Assembly: GCA_016748015.1 (NCBI GenBank)
Contig: JAAOMT010000518.1
Coordinates: forward strand, 310,001 to 374,000
Origin: Geosiphon pyriformis uo1
Lineage: Eukaryota > Fungi > Glomeromycota
Length of the DNA stretch: 64,000 bases
Reading direction: 5' to 3'
Below, one piece after another: positions 13,002 through 25,739 of the stretch. Both the position numbers and the translations under genes were made by a program. The notes beneath the pieces are model-generated. The model did no database searches, was not told the DNA's origin, and was given only the letters and a program-made list of their open reading frames with translations. The stretch's first letter is position 1. Every line of letters starts with the position of its first letter.

Positions 13002-16000
13002 TCAATTTGATGTATTTGGTTTAATGATTATAATTGGTTCTAGATTTTGTGGAATCTTATTTGATTAGACTAGTATTTATTGTACTCCTAATTGTGGAAT
13101 ATTATTGGTAGATGATGATATTATATGATAATATGGTTTCAGTCAATTACCATGTGCTGGTTTGGCTAAGATTTTGTTGTTTCATCTTAATTTATAAGCT
13201 TCATTTCCTAGAATTTTCTCTATGTAAAATGGTCTATCCTATTTGGAATCAAATTTTCCACTCTATTGTTTTTCTGCTTTGGTATAATGTAAGAATACTT
13301 TGTTTCCAATCTTGAATTCAATTGGTTTATCTGGTAGTTGGTTATTGTGTCTTTTGTTTTGTTTTTCTTGTGACTTCTGGATGTTATCAGCTGCTTTTTG
13401 CCATTTGTTTTTTAGTGTTTCCATTAATTTATATGTTTTTTTCAACAATGTTTCTTGAAAATTGTCTTCTGTTATTGGTTTAATTAGATATATACTGACT
13501 TCTATCTCTACTGATAATGTTGCTGTTCTATTGTATACTAATTCAAATGGTGTTGCTTGTGTAGTGTCTTGCTTTATTGTCTAATAAGCAAATAATACTG
13601 ACAGCATAAACAAATTCCATTTGTCCTGGTTTTCTTGACTGATTTTGGCAATTGCTTCATACAATATTCTATTAAATTTTTTTATTAGCCCATTGATTTG
13701 TGGATAGTATAGTGATGATAATGGTTTTTTTATTCTAAATCTTTGACTTAATTCTGCCAATGTTTTATTCACAAAGTGAGTTTCTTGATTTGATAATAGT
13801 TTTTTTGGACATTTGTGTTGACAAATCAAATCTTAATGAACGAATTCAGCAACAGATTCTGCATTTGCTCTTTGAATGGCTTTTGCTTCTGGCCATTTAA
13901 TAAAATAATCTATGACTACTGCAATATATCTGTTGCCTCTGCTGATGATTGTTAATGGTCCAATTAAATCAATTCTAATTTGATTAAATAGTTGCCTTAC
14001 TCTAATTGGTCTCAATGGTTCACTGAATTTTGTTTCTCCTTTTCTTTGACAAATATTACAATTTTGGACATATTAAATCATGTCTGAATACATAGATGGT
14101 CAATAGTATTTTTTTTAGTTTTTTCTATAGTTACTTTCTATATGAAAATGTTTTGTTATTGGATCTGAGTGCATATTAAATAATATTGTCTCTTTTTCTG
14201 GTTTTGTGATTACTCTGGTTGGTTGATTTGAATTTTTTCTGTTTTTCTGATAAAATATATTTTGGTGGGTAATAAAATATTTGGATTGTTATTTGATATG
14301 GCTTCATTTTTTGGAGATAATTTCTCCTTGAACTGCTGGGTATTAAGATAATGTTAGAATTGTTGATATTTTTGTATATTCATCTTTTATTATATTTTTG
14401 GATTAAAATGTTCTTAGATTTGTCTTATTTACAACAAATCATTAGCATTTCCATTTTTTTTTTGTAATGTACTGTATAATTAAATAGTAAAAGTTTTATT
14501 TTCTATCTAGCATAATGATCATCTTTAAATTCTTGCTTCTGAATTAAAATCAATTCTTTATGGTTAGTGTATATATTAAATTTTTGGCTTAAGTATTTTT
14601 TCCATTTTATAACTGTTTAATAAATTGCTAAGTGTTCTAATACTGGTGTTCTATAGTTTTTTTTTATTGAATTCAAGCTGTAATTAGTATACACTACTGG
14701 ATGTTTTCTTTTATCTGGTCTTTTCTGAAATAGTACAGCTCTTAATGCTTGACCTAACACATTAGTTGTGATTGTGAATGGTTTGCTATGATTTAAATAG
14801 ATCAGTACTGAAACTTGAATAAGCTTTTTTCTTAACATATCAAAAGCTTCTTGCTGGTTTTCTGCCCATTTATATTTGGTGTTCTTTATTTAGAACTGGT
14901 GTAATAGCTGAGCCAGTTTGGAAAAATTTTTAATAAAGCAGCAGTAGTAGTCTGCAAATCCCAAGAATGCTTGTAATTTGGTTAAGTTAGTAAGTACTAA
15001 AAAGTTTTTAGCTATCTCAATTTTGTCTTGATCCATCTTGATTCTATTTTTACTTATAACATGTTCCAAAAACTTCAATTCTGTTTTGCCAAAGAAGCAT
15101 TTGGTGGCATTTAACTTTAATCTGGCTCTTCTTAGTCTTTCAAATACTTGTTGGAGATGATGTAAATAATTATTGAATGTTTTTGAGAACACATTGGTAT
15201 CATTCAAATATACAACTACTAATTCCTATAACAGTCTAGTATAGATGATTTTCATAAGCTATTGGAATGTTACTGGAGCATTCATCAAGCCAAATGGTAT
15301 TACTTTAAACTCAAAATTTCTTTCTTGGGTTGTAAAAGCCATTTTCTTCTTATTTTCTGGTTTTATAGTTACTTGTCAGTAACCACTATCTAAATCTAAA
15401 GTTGAGAACCATTTTTTTCCTTTAAAAGCATCAAAAAGTTCTTGGATCTTTGGAGTTGGATAGCTATCTCTCTTGGTTATTCTATTAAGTTTCCAGTAAT
15501 CCACACAAAAGCAGATTTTTTCATTTTTCTTATAAATTAATACCACTGGTAATAACCATGGACTTATTAATAGTTGAATTAATCTGTTGTCCAACATCCA
15601 GTTAATTTTTTGTCAGATAATTTTATGGCTTGCTAGTAGCACTTGGTATGCTTTTTGTTTGATTGGCATTGCATCTTTAGTTTTAATCTGATGTTGAATC
15701 ATATCAGTTTTGCCAAATTCATTCTTGCTGGCAAAGATGTTATTGAAGTTGTTTAATAATATTTTAAGCTGTATATATTGTAGTGAATCTAAATTTTCTA
15801 AGTTCATCTGTTTCAATTATTCTGGTTGGAACAGATAACATTTTTTTTATCTGTATATTGTTTATAATGTGATATTCACATATCCACATAGTTGTAGAAA
15901 GTCTGGAATAGTATTTGGCAGTTGGTTTTTAACTTCAGTGCTTAGATATCTAATAGTAGTTCCTTTTGGTATTTTAAAAACATTTTCAGTTGTATTATAG

Positions 16001-19000
16001 ATGAAAATTTTTATGTGCTTTGGGCTTTTGATTGATATGTAGAGATTGGTAAGTCTAATCTTTCCTGATTCACAAATTGTAGTTTCTGCTTCAAAAATCT
16101 GAGCTTGATCTTTTATTTTCTTTTCTATGGCTAACATGTACTGATTATATGATGGAATAGAAATTGATTGATGAGTGAAGATAATTTCTTCCTTGTCAAT
16201 AACTTCTTTTTTTGCCATATTAACTAATATATCTATTCTATTTGTGGATCTGAATCCACTAATCCTCCTTGCTGTTATTCTTAATTCCTCTCTTTTTCTT
16301 ATTGACACTAATTAAGCTATTTTAACTAGAGGTAGAAATATTGTTTGTGTTATCTTTTCATTTGGCTTTATGACATAGGCCTTTTCTAAGTCATTTTGTA
16401 GCATTGTAATGATATTTCTCACATATCCTACATCAATTATTTTTTTTCTGATATTAATTCCTTTTTTCACTAAACTACTCTTAGATGCTAATTAAACCAT
16501 TGTTGTTGCTGAAATTTTCAGTGCTACTTTGAGATCAATGCAGATGCATGAATGTAGTTCTAATTTGATGGCATTTTGTCCCAAATATCTCAGATCAAAC
16601 TCTGCATCAGTATCATGTGTGCATTCAAGCATAATACTTTTATTATTATTACTAAACTATTTTAGTTCCTGCTCCTTGGTAAAATTAAAGAGCACAATAT
16701 ATTGTTTGGGGTTTAAATTGGAATTTGGATCATTGTTATTTTGGTTGTCATTTTGAACAGAGCTGGAACTATTATTCTTGTTATTGTCATTGTCGGAGTT
16801 TGAATCGGACTTAAACTGTGATTCCGATTTTAATACACAGTTGCTGATTGGTTTGTTTTTCTTTGAAATCATGTAGATCATGCATAATAGTGGATTGTAA
16901 ATAAGATCACACTCATTACAATATTAGAAGTCACAGAAATTTAAGCAATATTAACACAATCGAGTATTTAACTGCTTTAAGCATTGTTTTTGTTCTTTCC
17001 TAGTAGGTGCTAATTCTTGGTAATGTTTGTGAAACTGTTCTGGATTCATAGGCTCTAGAATAATATCTGAATTTGGGCTCCAGTTGAGTTCTATGGATTC
17101 TAGTAGGTTGTTTTTGATTGTTTTTATTTCTTCTAATAATGCCTCTTCAATTTTGACAAGTGCTATTTACCAGATTTTGTTGTTGTCGTGTAAATAACCA
17201 TCCAGATGTTTTATGGCTCTCCTCCAGGTGGCTTCTATTGGTGTTTTTTTTCTAATCTAATCACTAATTAGAACTGTATATTAACACAATTTGTTATATG
17301 TTTCTTCTTGTTCAAGAATGTTATTCCATATTTCTTCGTCTAAAAGAGTCACTTTACAAACAAAACATGACTTATTATCCCATTTCTTTTGTTTTTTTGG
17401 TCAGCCAAATTGGTCGAGTATGCATAAGTAGCAATAGAATTTGGTTGCTGTTAGCCATTCTTCATTATTACTATAGCATGTGCTCATTGATAACAATTTC
17501 TTACTATAATCAATACATATTAGTTTGGATTGATGATAATTGGCCTGTGGTTGGAGTACCAAATATGGAATATGTGTAGAGATAATGGCTTGTGTGCTTT
17601 TGTTTTTTCTTTTTTTCTCCTTTCTTTTCTCCTCCCAGATCGAAATTGGTAATAGCTTGTTGTGGTTTTTGTCAGCCCAGGAAATTTGGTAAGCTTCCCA
17701 GGTGGGGGTTTTTTTTTTTTTTCAAATTTAATTAGTAATGGTACAATGATTGGCTTGAAGTGTTCACAGATTGCTGGTACTCATATATGGTGACTATTCT
17801 GGCTGAGCTAAAGCTTTTGTATCATCCAGTCAAGTACAGCATTGGTTTTGACTAGTTAATCATTACCAATAAGAGCTTGGTACTGAGTGACTTCTATTAC
17901 TAGGACTTTGATTGGTACAGTGATACCATTAACTTTGAAGAGAAAGTTATCAATTTTGCCAATAGAAGTCTTTGTGGTTCCATCAGCTGTGATAATCCTG
18001 GTGCTGACTGTGTGATCAACTCAGCAATCTAATTGGTTCATGAGTTGTTATGTAATGATGCTGCTGGCTGATTCACTATCAAAGATAAGTTTGATAGAAT
18101 GACTATTAACTTTAGTGTCTGTATACATGACAGTAATGAATTTGGCATTAAGCACAGCTTTATTAAATAATAGGACTGGTGTTGTTTCCTTGAGTTTGAA
18201 GGGAAAAATTGCTGCTAGAGATTCATTGTTGGTAACAGTAGCTGAAAGTATGTTGCTGGTAAGTAGTTATTTTTCAGTTAGGTTCTGTGTTGTTAGATAA
18301 TGCATTTTTTGGAGTTATCAGAAGACTTAAATAGTTCTGAGAATTCGGGTTTTGAGAGTACCTAGTTTCCAAACTCTGCTGATGTAATTCTGATGGGGGG
18401 TTTGCTGAACTGGGAATCAGTTGGTGAACTATCATTGCCAATCTCCAGCTTTGTTAAATCATTCTCAGCCTTTGGTTTCCAAGTAATATTAGAGCTGAAT
18501 TTTGAGGTGGTGTTTGAATCAATTGGAATTAATAGATTACTTGTGGCTGTGGTGGTTGATAAATTATTGGGGAAGTTGGCTAATAAATTGGAGGTATGTA
18601 TATTGGCTGCTGCATCATTTGAGTGTAATTAAGTTGATATTGATCTTAATTTAAGTAATAATTCAGAGTTTGAAATCTGTGATTGGGGTTTTTGTATTGA
18701 TTTTCTGATTATAAGTTATTATAAAATTGGCAATCAGCTCTTAGGTAACCTTGTTTACTACAATAATAGCAGATACATGTTTCTTGCTATTATGGCTAAT
18801 TGTATAAGAATGGACACAACTGATTTTGGGAACAATTCACATTTTTCTGATTATTTCATCATTGTGAAGGTTGATAAATGACTTGATTGTTAGCTAAGTA
18901 TCCCTCTAATTTCTGATTAATTGAGTTGCTGAATTGCTTTAGCTTGGAACTCAAGTCAGATGATCTGTTTATTACTAAATTTACTGCTTGGGCATAGTTG

Positions 19001-20450
19001 GCTTCTAATTTTATGGCTTCAAAATCTCTGGTATAGGTAACTGTGACTTGAAAATTTGCTAGATGTAATAGGCATATGCATTAAAAAATACTATTGGGCA
19101 GACCTTTAATGAATTGATTCAAGATTTGTGGTGCAGTAAAATAATCAGCTTGTATTGCTTGAATTTGGCACAGATTTTTGTGGAAGTGTCCCAAGTAAGT
19201 AGTGACTGCTTCAGTTTTTCCTTGTTTAATAGTTGTAAAGATATTGGCTAAGCAGTTGATGCTGTTATTATTACTGAAATATTGTAGGAACTCAAGCTTA
19301 AATGCATTAAAATTTTGGGGTTTGTTAACTAAGCTTTAATACCATAAGTTGATAGTATTCTGGAGAAAATAAGGAATGGCTTACATAGTGTCATTCCATC
19401 TATTGGCTGTGATGGCTTTTTCTATATCATTCAGTCATACTTGCATGTCATCTTCTTTGATGATAAATTTTTTTAGTTTGGTGATAAGTGCATATGTTAT
19501 TAGTATGTTTGATTGTTGCTGTTGTACTGGTGGTTGTTGAAGTAGTATTGGCAGTTGTTGTTGTATTGGCTTAGCAATCAAGTTAATTGGTAGTTGATTA
19601 ATTACAATCATTGGAGATAAGTTTTGCTGATTAATAAGATTGGAGTTTGAATTGTGCTGATTTTTCTAAGTTTGAATATTCAGGGTTTCAACTTTCAGGT
19701 TTTCTACTATTAGGTTGTGGTAATAGAATTCCTGATTGTTATTTTTTTCTTCTTCCAATTCTGTTATCTCCTAGGAACTCATGGTCCTAAAATTTGGTTG
19801 AGGCAGTGATAATTGAAAACCTGATAATATTGGTAATTATGATTTAAATCCTTGAAAATAATTGTCATATGTTTCTAATAATTCTGCTTTCTTTTGTTTA
19901 CTTTGAAATAAAAGTTGTTCAAATGTTGATGTTGTATTTGAGATGAACATGTCTGCTAATGTGATATTAATAGTATTTTTGGGTATGTGATAATATAATG
20001 GATATAGTAAAGATTCAATTTTTTGTTTTTTCTACATTGGTAATTGTATTCCTTTTGGGGTTACTGCTGGTGTTTGTAAATTTTCTTTATTCTTATTTGC
20101 ATAGATAATGGGGAATTGTTGTTAAGTATATCTTTCAATTTCTTAATTGATTTCCTTGATGATTGGTGCAAAACTGTGATTTCGTAGTAAGCTAGTGTGT
20201 TGGATTAATTCTGTATAGAAATTTTCCCTTGCTGATTCAATATCAACTGGTTTTCTTAGAAAATCTGTGATTTTTTTGTTGATGTAAAAGTTGAAAACTA
20301 ATTCCACTGGATAATGGTTGTTGATTAAGTCCAATTGTTGATTATACTGTTGAAATAAAAATTTGGCAAATCATAAATGGTTTGTTCCTATTATTTCTGA
20401 TTTTGTCATTTTTAGATTACTGCTGTTGGTACTGGTTCTTTGTAAGATTA
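13002..20450 (-). pseudogene. gag-pol of gypsy 1 (many transition-derived stops)
   Basis: Gag and zinc-knuckle remnants; protease IKLIFDS(G>E)SASSII near 18060-18095; dUTPase ~16245-16620; RT ~14880-15600; IN ~13260-14200. Confidence 0.88.
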
Positions 20451-20471
20451 TACTTTACAGGAAGCACCAAA

Positions 20472-22155
20472 TGTTACAAATAATTATTTGAAATCTCAAA
20501 GCAAATAACAAATCTGTAACTTGATGCTCAATTGATTTAATAATAGTTAAGAATATCTGAAGATTTTGGTAGAATCTTTTGTATAATGAACAGAGATTCA
20601 ATAATAATGTTGTTATTGTTGATAAATTGTTTTTTCAATTTTTTTTTTCAGCTTGATGGCCAGTTTATTCTGGTATTTATGCTGTTACAAGTAATTATTT
20701 GGGGTCTCAGGTCAAATAACAAATCTGTAACCTGGTGCTCAATTGATGATATTGGTGTTAGTAATGTTTATAATGTTTGTATCTGAAGGTTTTGGTTGAG
20801 TCCTTTGTATAATAGACAGAGATACAATAGTTGTTTATCTGTAACTTCTCAGAATTGCAATTTTGTCAATTTCTTTCTTTAGCTTGATGGCCAGCAATTT
20901 TCTGATAAATAATCTGTAATTCTTTATGTGTTCTACCCACTCACAGGAGTCTTTTACCAAGCAATCCTTGATGTCAGTAATTCAGTGCTTAATTTTTAAT
21001 CAATTAGTAAACAAAATAAATAAAAAAAAATAAAAAAAATAAAAAAAAAATAAAAAAAATTAAGCCAAAGCATTTACAAGTTAGTATTCTATCAATAGCC
21101 ATGATCAAGAACTATTGTTTCAGTGTGGTTAAGTATCAATTGTTATCAACATAAAGTGTTGATAGTAAAGAGTAGATTAGAGATATAAAATAATTATTTA
21201 TTGATATTTGTGATGTGGAAGGTTGCTTAGATTAAATCTAAACTGGAAGGTCTCTAACTAAAAAATTCTGTCTTTTCTACTTCTAACATTACTGCTATAT
21301 ATACATAATTGAGATTTCTTAATTTCTTAATTCTTTATACCAGAAATCTTGGATTTCCTGGAATCTTGCAATTTCTCTTAAGAAGAATTCTGGAATTCTG
21401 GAATCCTGCAATTCCTTGTACAAGAATTCTGAAATTCCTGGAATTCTGTGATTCTTCTTGAGAGAAATCCTGGAATTCCACATTTACTACAGCTACTTCT
21501 GATTGGCTAATTTATATGCTAATATACTTTCTATGTTTTATGAGTAATAATGTCTTTCTAATAAGCTATTTGTTAATATATATATAATATTACTCTTATT
21601 TCTGGGTTTTTTATCAGACTATCTGTAATATCAATAACTTAGTGCTTAATCTTTACTTAATTAGTAACAACAAAAAATAACAAAAGAAAATAAATAAAAT
21701 AAAGAAAATAAAGAAATAAGCCAAGGCAATGAATGTTAGTATTTTGTCAATAGCCATAATCAAGAACTATTGTTTCAATATAGTTAAGTATTAGTTACTA
21801 TCAATATAAAGTATTAATAGTAAAGAATAGATTGAGACAGTAAATAATTATTTATTAATATTTGTAAATATAGAAGATTGTTTAGATTAAATCTAAATTA
21901 AGAAGTCTGTCTTTTCTGCTTCTAATACTACCATTATATATACATAATTAAGATTCCTCAATTCCTCAATTTTTCACACCAGGAATCCTAAAATTTCTGG
22001 AATTCTGCAATTTTTTTGAGAAGAATTCTGGAATTCTGAAATTCTGAAATTCTTTATATGAGAATTCTGAAATTCTTGAAATTCCACATTTACTATATCT
22101 ACTTCTGATTGGCTAATTTATATGCTAATATACTTCCTATATTCTATGAGTAACA
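20472..22155 (-). repeat. 5' LTR of gypsy 1, split by a nested solo LTR
   Basis: Host LTR halves 20472-20682 and 21550-22155 rejoin to match 11520-12303. Confidence 0.85.
20683..21549 (-). mobile_element. Solo LTR (related family, same orientation) nested in the 5' LTR of gypsy 1
   Basis: TGTTAC at 20683, GTAATA ending 21549; 4-bp TSD ATGC/ATGT. Confidence 0.85.
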
Positions 22156-22295
22156 GTGTATAGTGTTGTCTTAATTGGTTCAAGTAACTGGTTATATATA
22201 GAAAGAGCATAAGTTATACTTAATTTAAAATTTTGCTTGATTTTATGTTCTTAAGTAATAGTTGAGTTGTGCTCATTAAATGATAATAATAATAA
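22156..22295 (+). mobile_element. 3' end (ORF2 stop, 3' UTR tail) of LINE copy C
   Basis: gtgtatagtgttgtcttaattgg...gctcattaaat matches the tails of copies A and B. Confidence 0.85.
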
Positions 22296-23581
22296 ACATA
22301 TTACTACTACTATTATTTAAATCAAAAAAAATTGTTTATAACTAAATTAAAATTAAATATTATAATTTTTATAATTATAACAAAATATTCTAATCATGTT
22401 TTTTTTAAATATTAATAATAAAAAACTACTTTTAATAACTTTTTGAAGTGTTTTTCTTATCTTTGATTAGTGGTTTTTTTTTGTTTAAGTTTTTTTTAAG
22501 AAATATATTTGAATTAATTTTAATATTGTTTTTACTTTTTTTAAGAGTTCCAAAGTTTTTAACAATAAGCCAATTAACAATTTGGTTTTTTTTGTTTATA
22601 TTATTAATACTATTATTACTATTTTGCAAATAACCAAAAAGACCAAAACAGCAATATTTATTTGTATTTGTTGTTATTATATTGAATTTTTTTGTAGTTC
22701 TAAATAAAATTTTGAAAAAAAAATTTTCAATAGCAATTGGCTTTTTTTTATATAAATAATAGCAATAATAATATATCTTTTAAAATAAACCAAAATTAAC
22801 TATTGGTTATATTATTAAATATAATATTTTTTAACAAATTATTACTAATTTTAAAAGCAAAACAACTTATTAAATTAATTAAATAGAAATTAAATAATTT
22901 TTTTTTGTTTTCTAATGCTATTTTTAATAATACTTAAAAAACAATTTTCAATTATTAAAAATTTTTTAAGTAAGTAGTCTTTATTTTAGTGTTTAATATT
23001 ATTTTTAAAATCAAATTGGCTTTTGTTAATTTTTTGTTTTATTTGCTGTCTGATTTTATTAAATTTAAGTTAGTTTTAAAAGACAATATTAAATTGTTTT
23101 GTATAAATTTTGTTTTTAAGATTTTTTTAATTGTTATTATTAAAATTTTTATTGGTAATTTTCTTTTTTTTAACCATATTTAAGATTGCAAAATCTTTTA
23201 TAATAGCTTCAAGTTCTTTTTTTTTTATTTTTGTTGTATTTTATAATATTCTTCTTAGTATATTTTTTGATAATATTAAAAATGTTTTTGGTGTTATTAC
23301 TTTAGTTAAATTAAAATCTGTCAATTTATAGCAATATATTATTATTAATTTTAAAGATTTTTTTTTGTTATTATTATTTTTGTTTATTAGTTTATGTTAA
23401 TTAAAAAAAACAACATTAAAATTTATTTTTTTTTCAATTAAAAAAAAGTTATTATCTTAAAAACAATTTTAAAACCAAATTAATCAATTATTTTTTTAGC
23501 TATATTGTTTTTAAAATTAGTAATATAATATCTTAAATTGATAATTATACTTGTTTTATTTTTTATTTTTTATTTTTTTTA

Positions 23582-23584
<3 letters not shown>

Positions 23585-23620
<36 letters not shown>
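23585..23620. repeat. (TTA)n microsatellite at the 5' junction of LINE A
   Basis: Direct reading. Confidence 0.85.
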
Positions 23621-23623
<3 letters not shown>

Positions 23624-23783
23624 TGTTATAATATTGAATACCATAATACTACTAAAAACTCTTTCTTTCGTTGATCCCCTGGTCACAATGAGAGCTCTAA
23701 GTCGTCACTGAAATAGCCTTCTTTTTCCCTTTCCCCTTCACCTTTCTCCAGTTATTTCTTCAGACATTTCCCTTTTTGTGGCT

Positions 23784-25739
23784 ATGGAACTGGTGGGCTT
23801 TGCTGCTGGTGGTTTTGGGTTCGTTTCGGCTGGATTGGGGACCCGGTCTGGTGTCAAAAATAAGTGTTCGGTTGGTCCTCAATCTCGCAGTGCGTCCTAT
23901 AAGAAGCCAAAGAAACCTGTGGTGGTTGACGGTTTGGTGGAGTCATCTGCTGGTGTCTCAAACATTATGGATGAAAGTGGTGATGGACTTAATATTGGGT
24001 GATCGTGGACTAGCAAGGTCAACAGTGAAGTGGATAGCGTAAGTGGCATCTCAGACTTGAATAACTTGGAAAACGTCATTGCTGAGGAAACTAGCTATGC
24101 AGAGTCAGATGTTTCAGGTTTGGACGACGACATGAACGATGCCACGCCAAGGAAGATGCGTACCCGTACCTATGTTCTGAACAGTAAGCCACCACCTCTC
24201 TCTTTCAACGTGCCAAGTGATGGTGAAGACACTCTGCCTCTTCCGAGTCCTAAATTTTGTGGGTCTAATCGCCTTCCTCCAGTCGGGTCACATGCTCTGA
24301 AGAAACGGAGTTTTATTTTGTCAAAATCATTTGCATTGGATATTGAACTATCTGCCATTCCTGGCAAAACTGTTGGTGATAAGTTGGTTTGTGTGAAAAA
24401 AATTTTTTATCGGGTTAATGGTTTTGGGGGGGCTTCGACTCCCTCAAAATTTCCTGGAATAATAAGATCATCATTTACATCTGAAAAAAGTTTGTTTAAG
24501 ACGAGGAAAATGGCAATCAGTGAAAAAATATTGGTAAATGATGATCTAAGAAAAGTAAACAGCCATTCGGATTGGGAGGTGATCGTCAAGGAAATCCCAG
24601 TAGATCTTTCCAAATCAGCAATTGAGGCAGTGTTCTCCAAGTTTGGCAAGATTGTTTCAATTAAAGTGCAGCTTATTGGTCTTTGGCAAAAGGCCCTGGT
24701 AGAATATGAATCATCTGAGATGGCTGATTTAGTCGCAGCTAGATGGTCTGTGCTCATGGGAAAAGATTCTGTCCGTGTGGCAAAGGCAAATATTGATAAA
24801 CAAATGTGGGTATCGAGAGATCAGCATCAGGCTTTGCTCTATACTCTTCCAGTTGGCACCAATGCTCATGATCTCTCCAGTTTGTTGGAATCATATGGTG
24901 GGAAGACTTGTTATATCGGCCGTAACCCTAGTTTATATGTTCATGATAGATGTGCTGTAATTTGTTTTGGTGATGAGGCATCTAAGTTGGCTGTTATTGG
25001 TACCATTCCAGTTTTCAGAAATGTAAGTTTGCGCTGGGCTGGTCTTTCTTTGGCCAGTTGTGCTCATTGTCAGCAATTCAGTCATGTTTCGGTCAACTGT
25101 TCCTTGAGTAAGTATTCTGGTGGTCAAGAAAGAAGGGTGGTTTCTGAGCAAGATCGGGTTCATCTAGCTGGGATATATAAGAGGAAGTTGGCCCCTGTCG
25201 CTCGTCCAGTTTCTTTTGGTGGAAAGACGTGAGCCCAAGTGGCAGGCTGTTCTCCCTCTCGTGTTGTCTCTTCGGGTGCTCCTGGTGTCAGTTTGGTCTC
25301 TGGTTCAAAGGCTTTCTCAATGAATTCCTTCTCATCTGGTGCCACTGATTTAGGTGGTCACCTAGCTGTGCTGGAACGCTCCGTGAAAATTCTCGCAGAC
25401 CAAGTCTCACTCATTTTAAAGAAATTAAGTTTTGTTGACTTGGTGCCATTGGCGCTTTCTCCCTCAGCTCTTCCTTTGGTGTCTCCAACTGCCATTGTTT
25501 CAGATATGGACTCAGGTTTGGATTTGGATAGCACGTTGTTGTCGTCTGCTTCTTCTTCTCCCAATGTTGGTGGGTCAGTTGTTGATTTCAGTCCGAGCAG
25601 TTCTAAGGTTTTAACTGCCAAGATTGGCAGTTTGGAGTCGAATATGATGGCTCTTGAGGCTTCAGTTCGCTCGGTCCTGGATAGATTGGATCATCTGTGT
25701 TCTGAATTGGGTTCATTGGCTTTTCCTCCATCTCAATGA
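23784..25739 (+). pseudogene. LINE A ORF1 (gag-like: RRM-like region, CX2CX4HX4C knuckle, coiled coil)
   Basis: Single frame broken only by TGA at 24000 and 25230. Contains VIVKEIPVDL..IEAVFSKFGKIVSIK (RRM-like) and CAHCQQFSHVSVNC. Confidence 0.88.

Larger units (their letters stand above)
11520..22155 (-). mobile_element. Ty3/gypsy LTR retrotransposon 1 (decayed): gag-PR-Cys-rich-dUTPase-RT-RH-IN plus extra ORF
   Basis: LTRs at 11520-12303 and 20472-22155 with TGTTAC...GTAAC/TA termini. PBS 20453-20469; PPT near 12304-12318. RT (YLNDTNVF, KCFFGKTELKFL) and IN (IDLIGPL, YPQINGL) remnants. TSD GGGT/GTGT. Confidence 0.92.

Noticed and set aside
21340-21480. Short repeat arrays resembling a CRISPR or satellite
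   Set aside because: They are 8-9-bp degenerate units without unique spacers, at the same position in each LTR.
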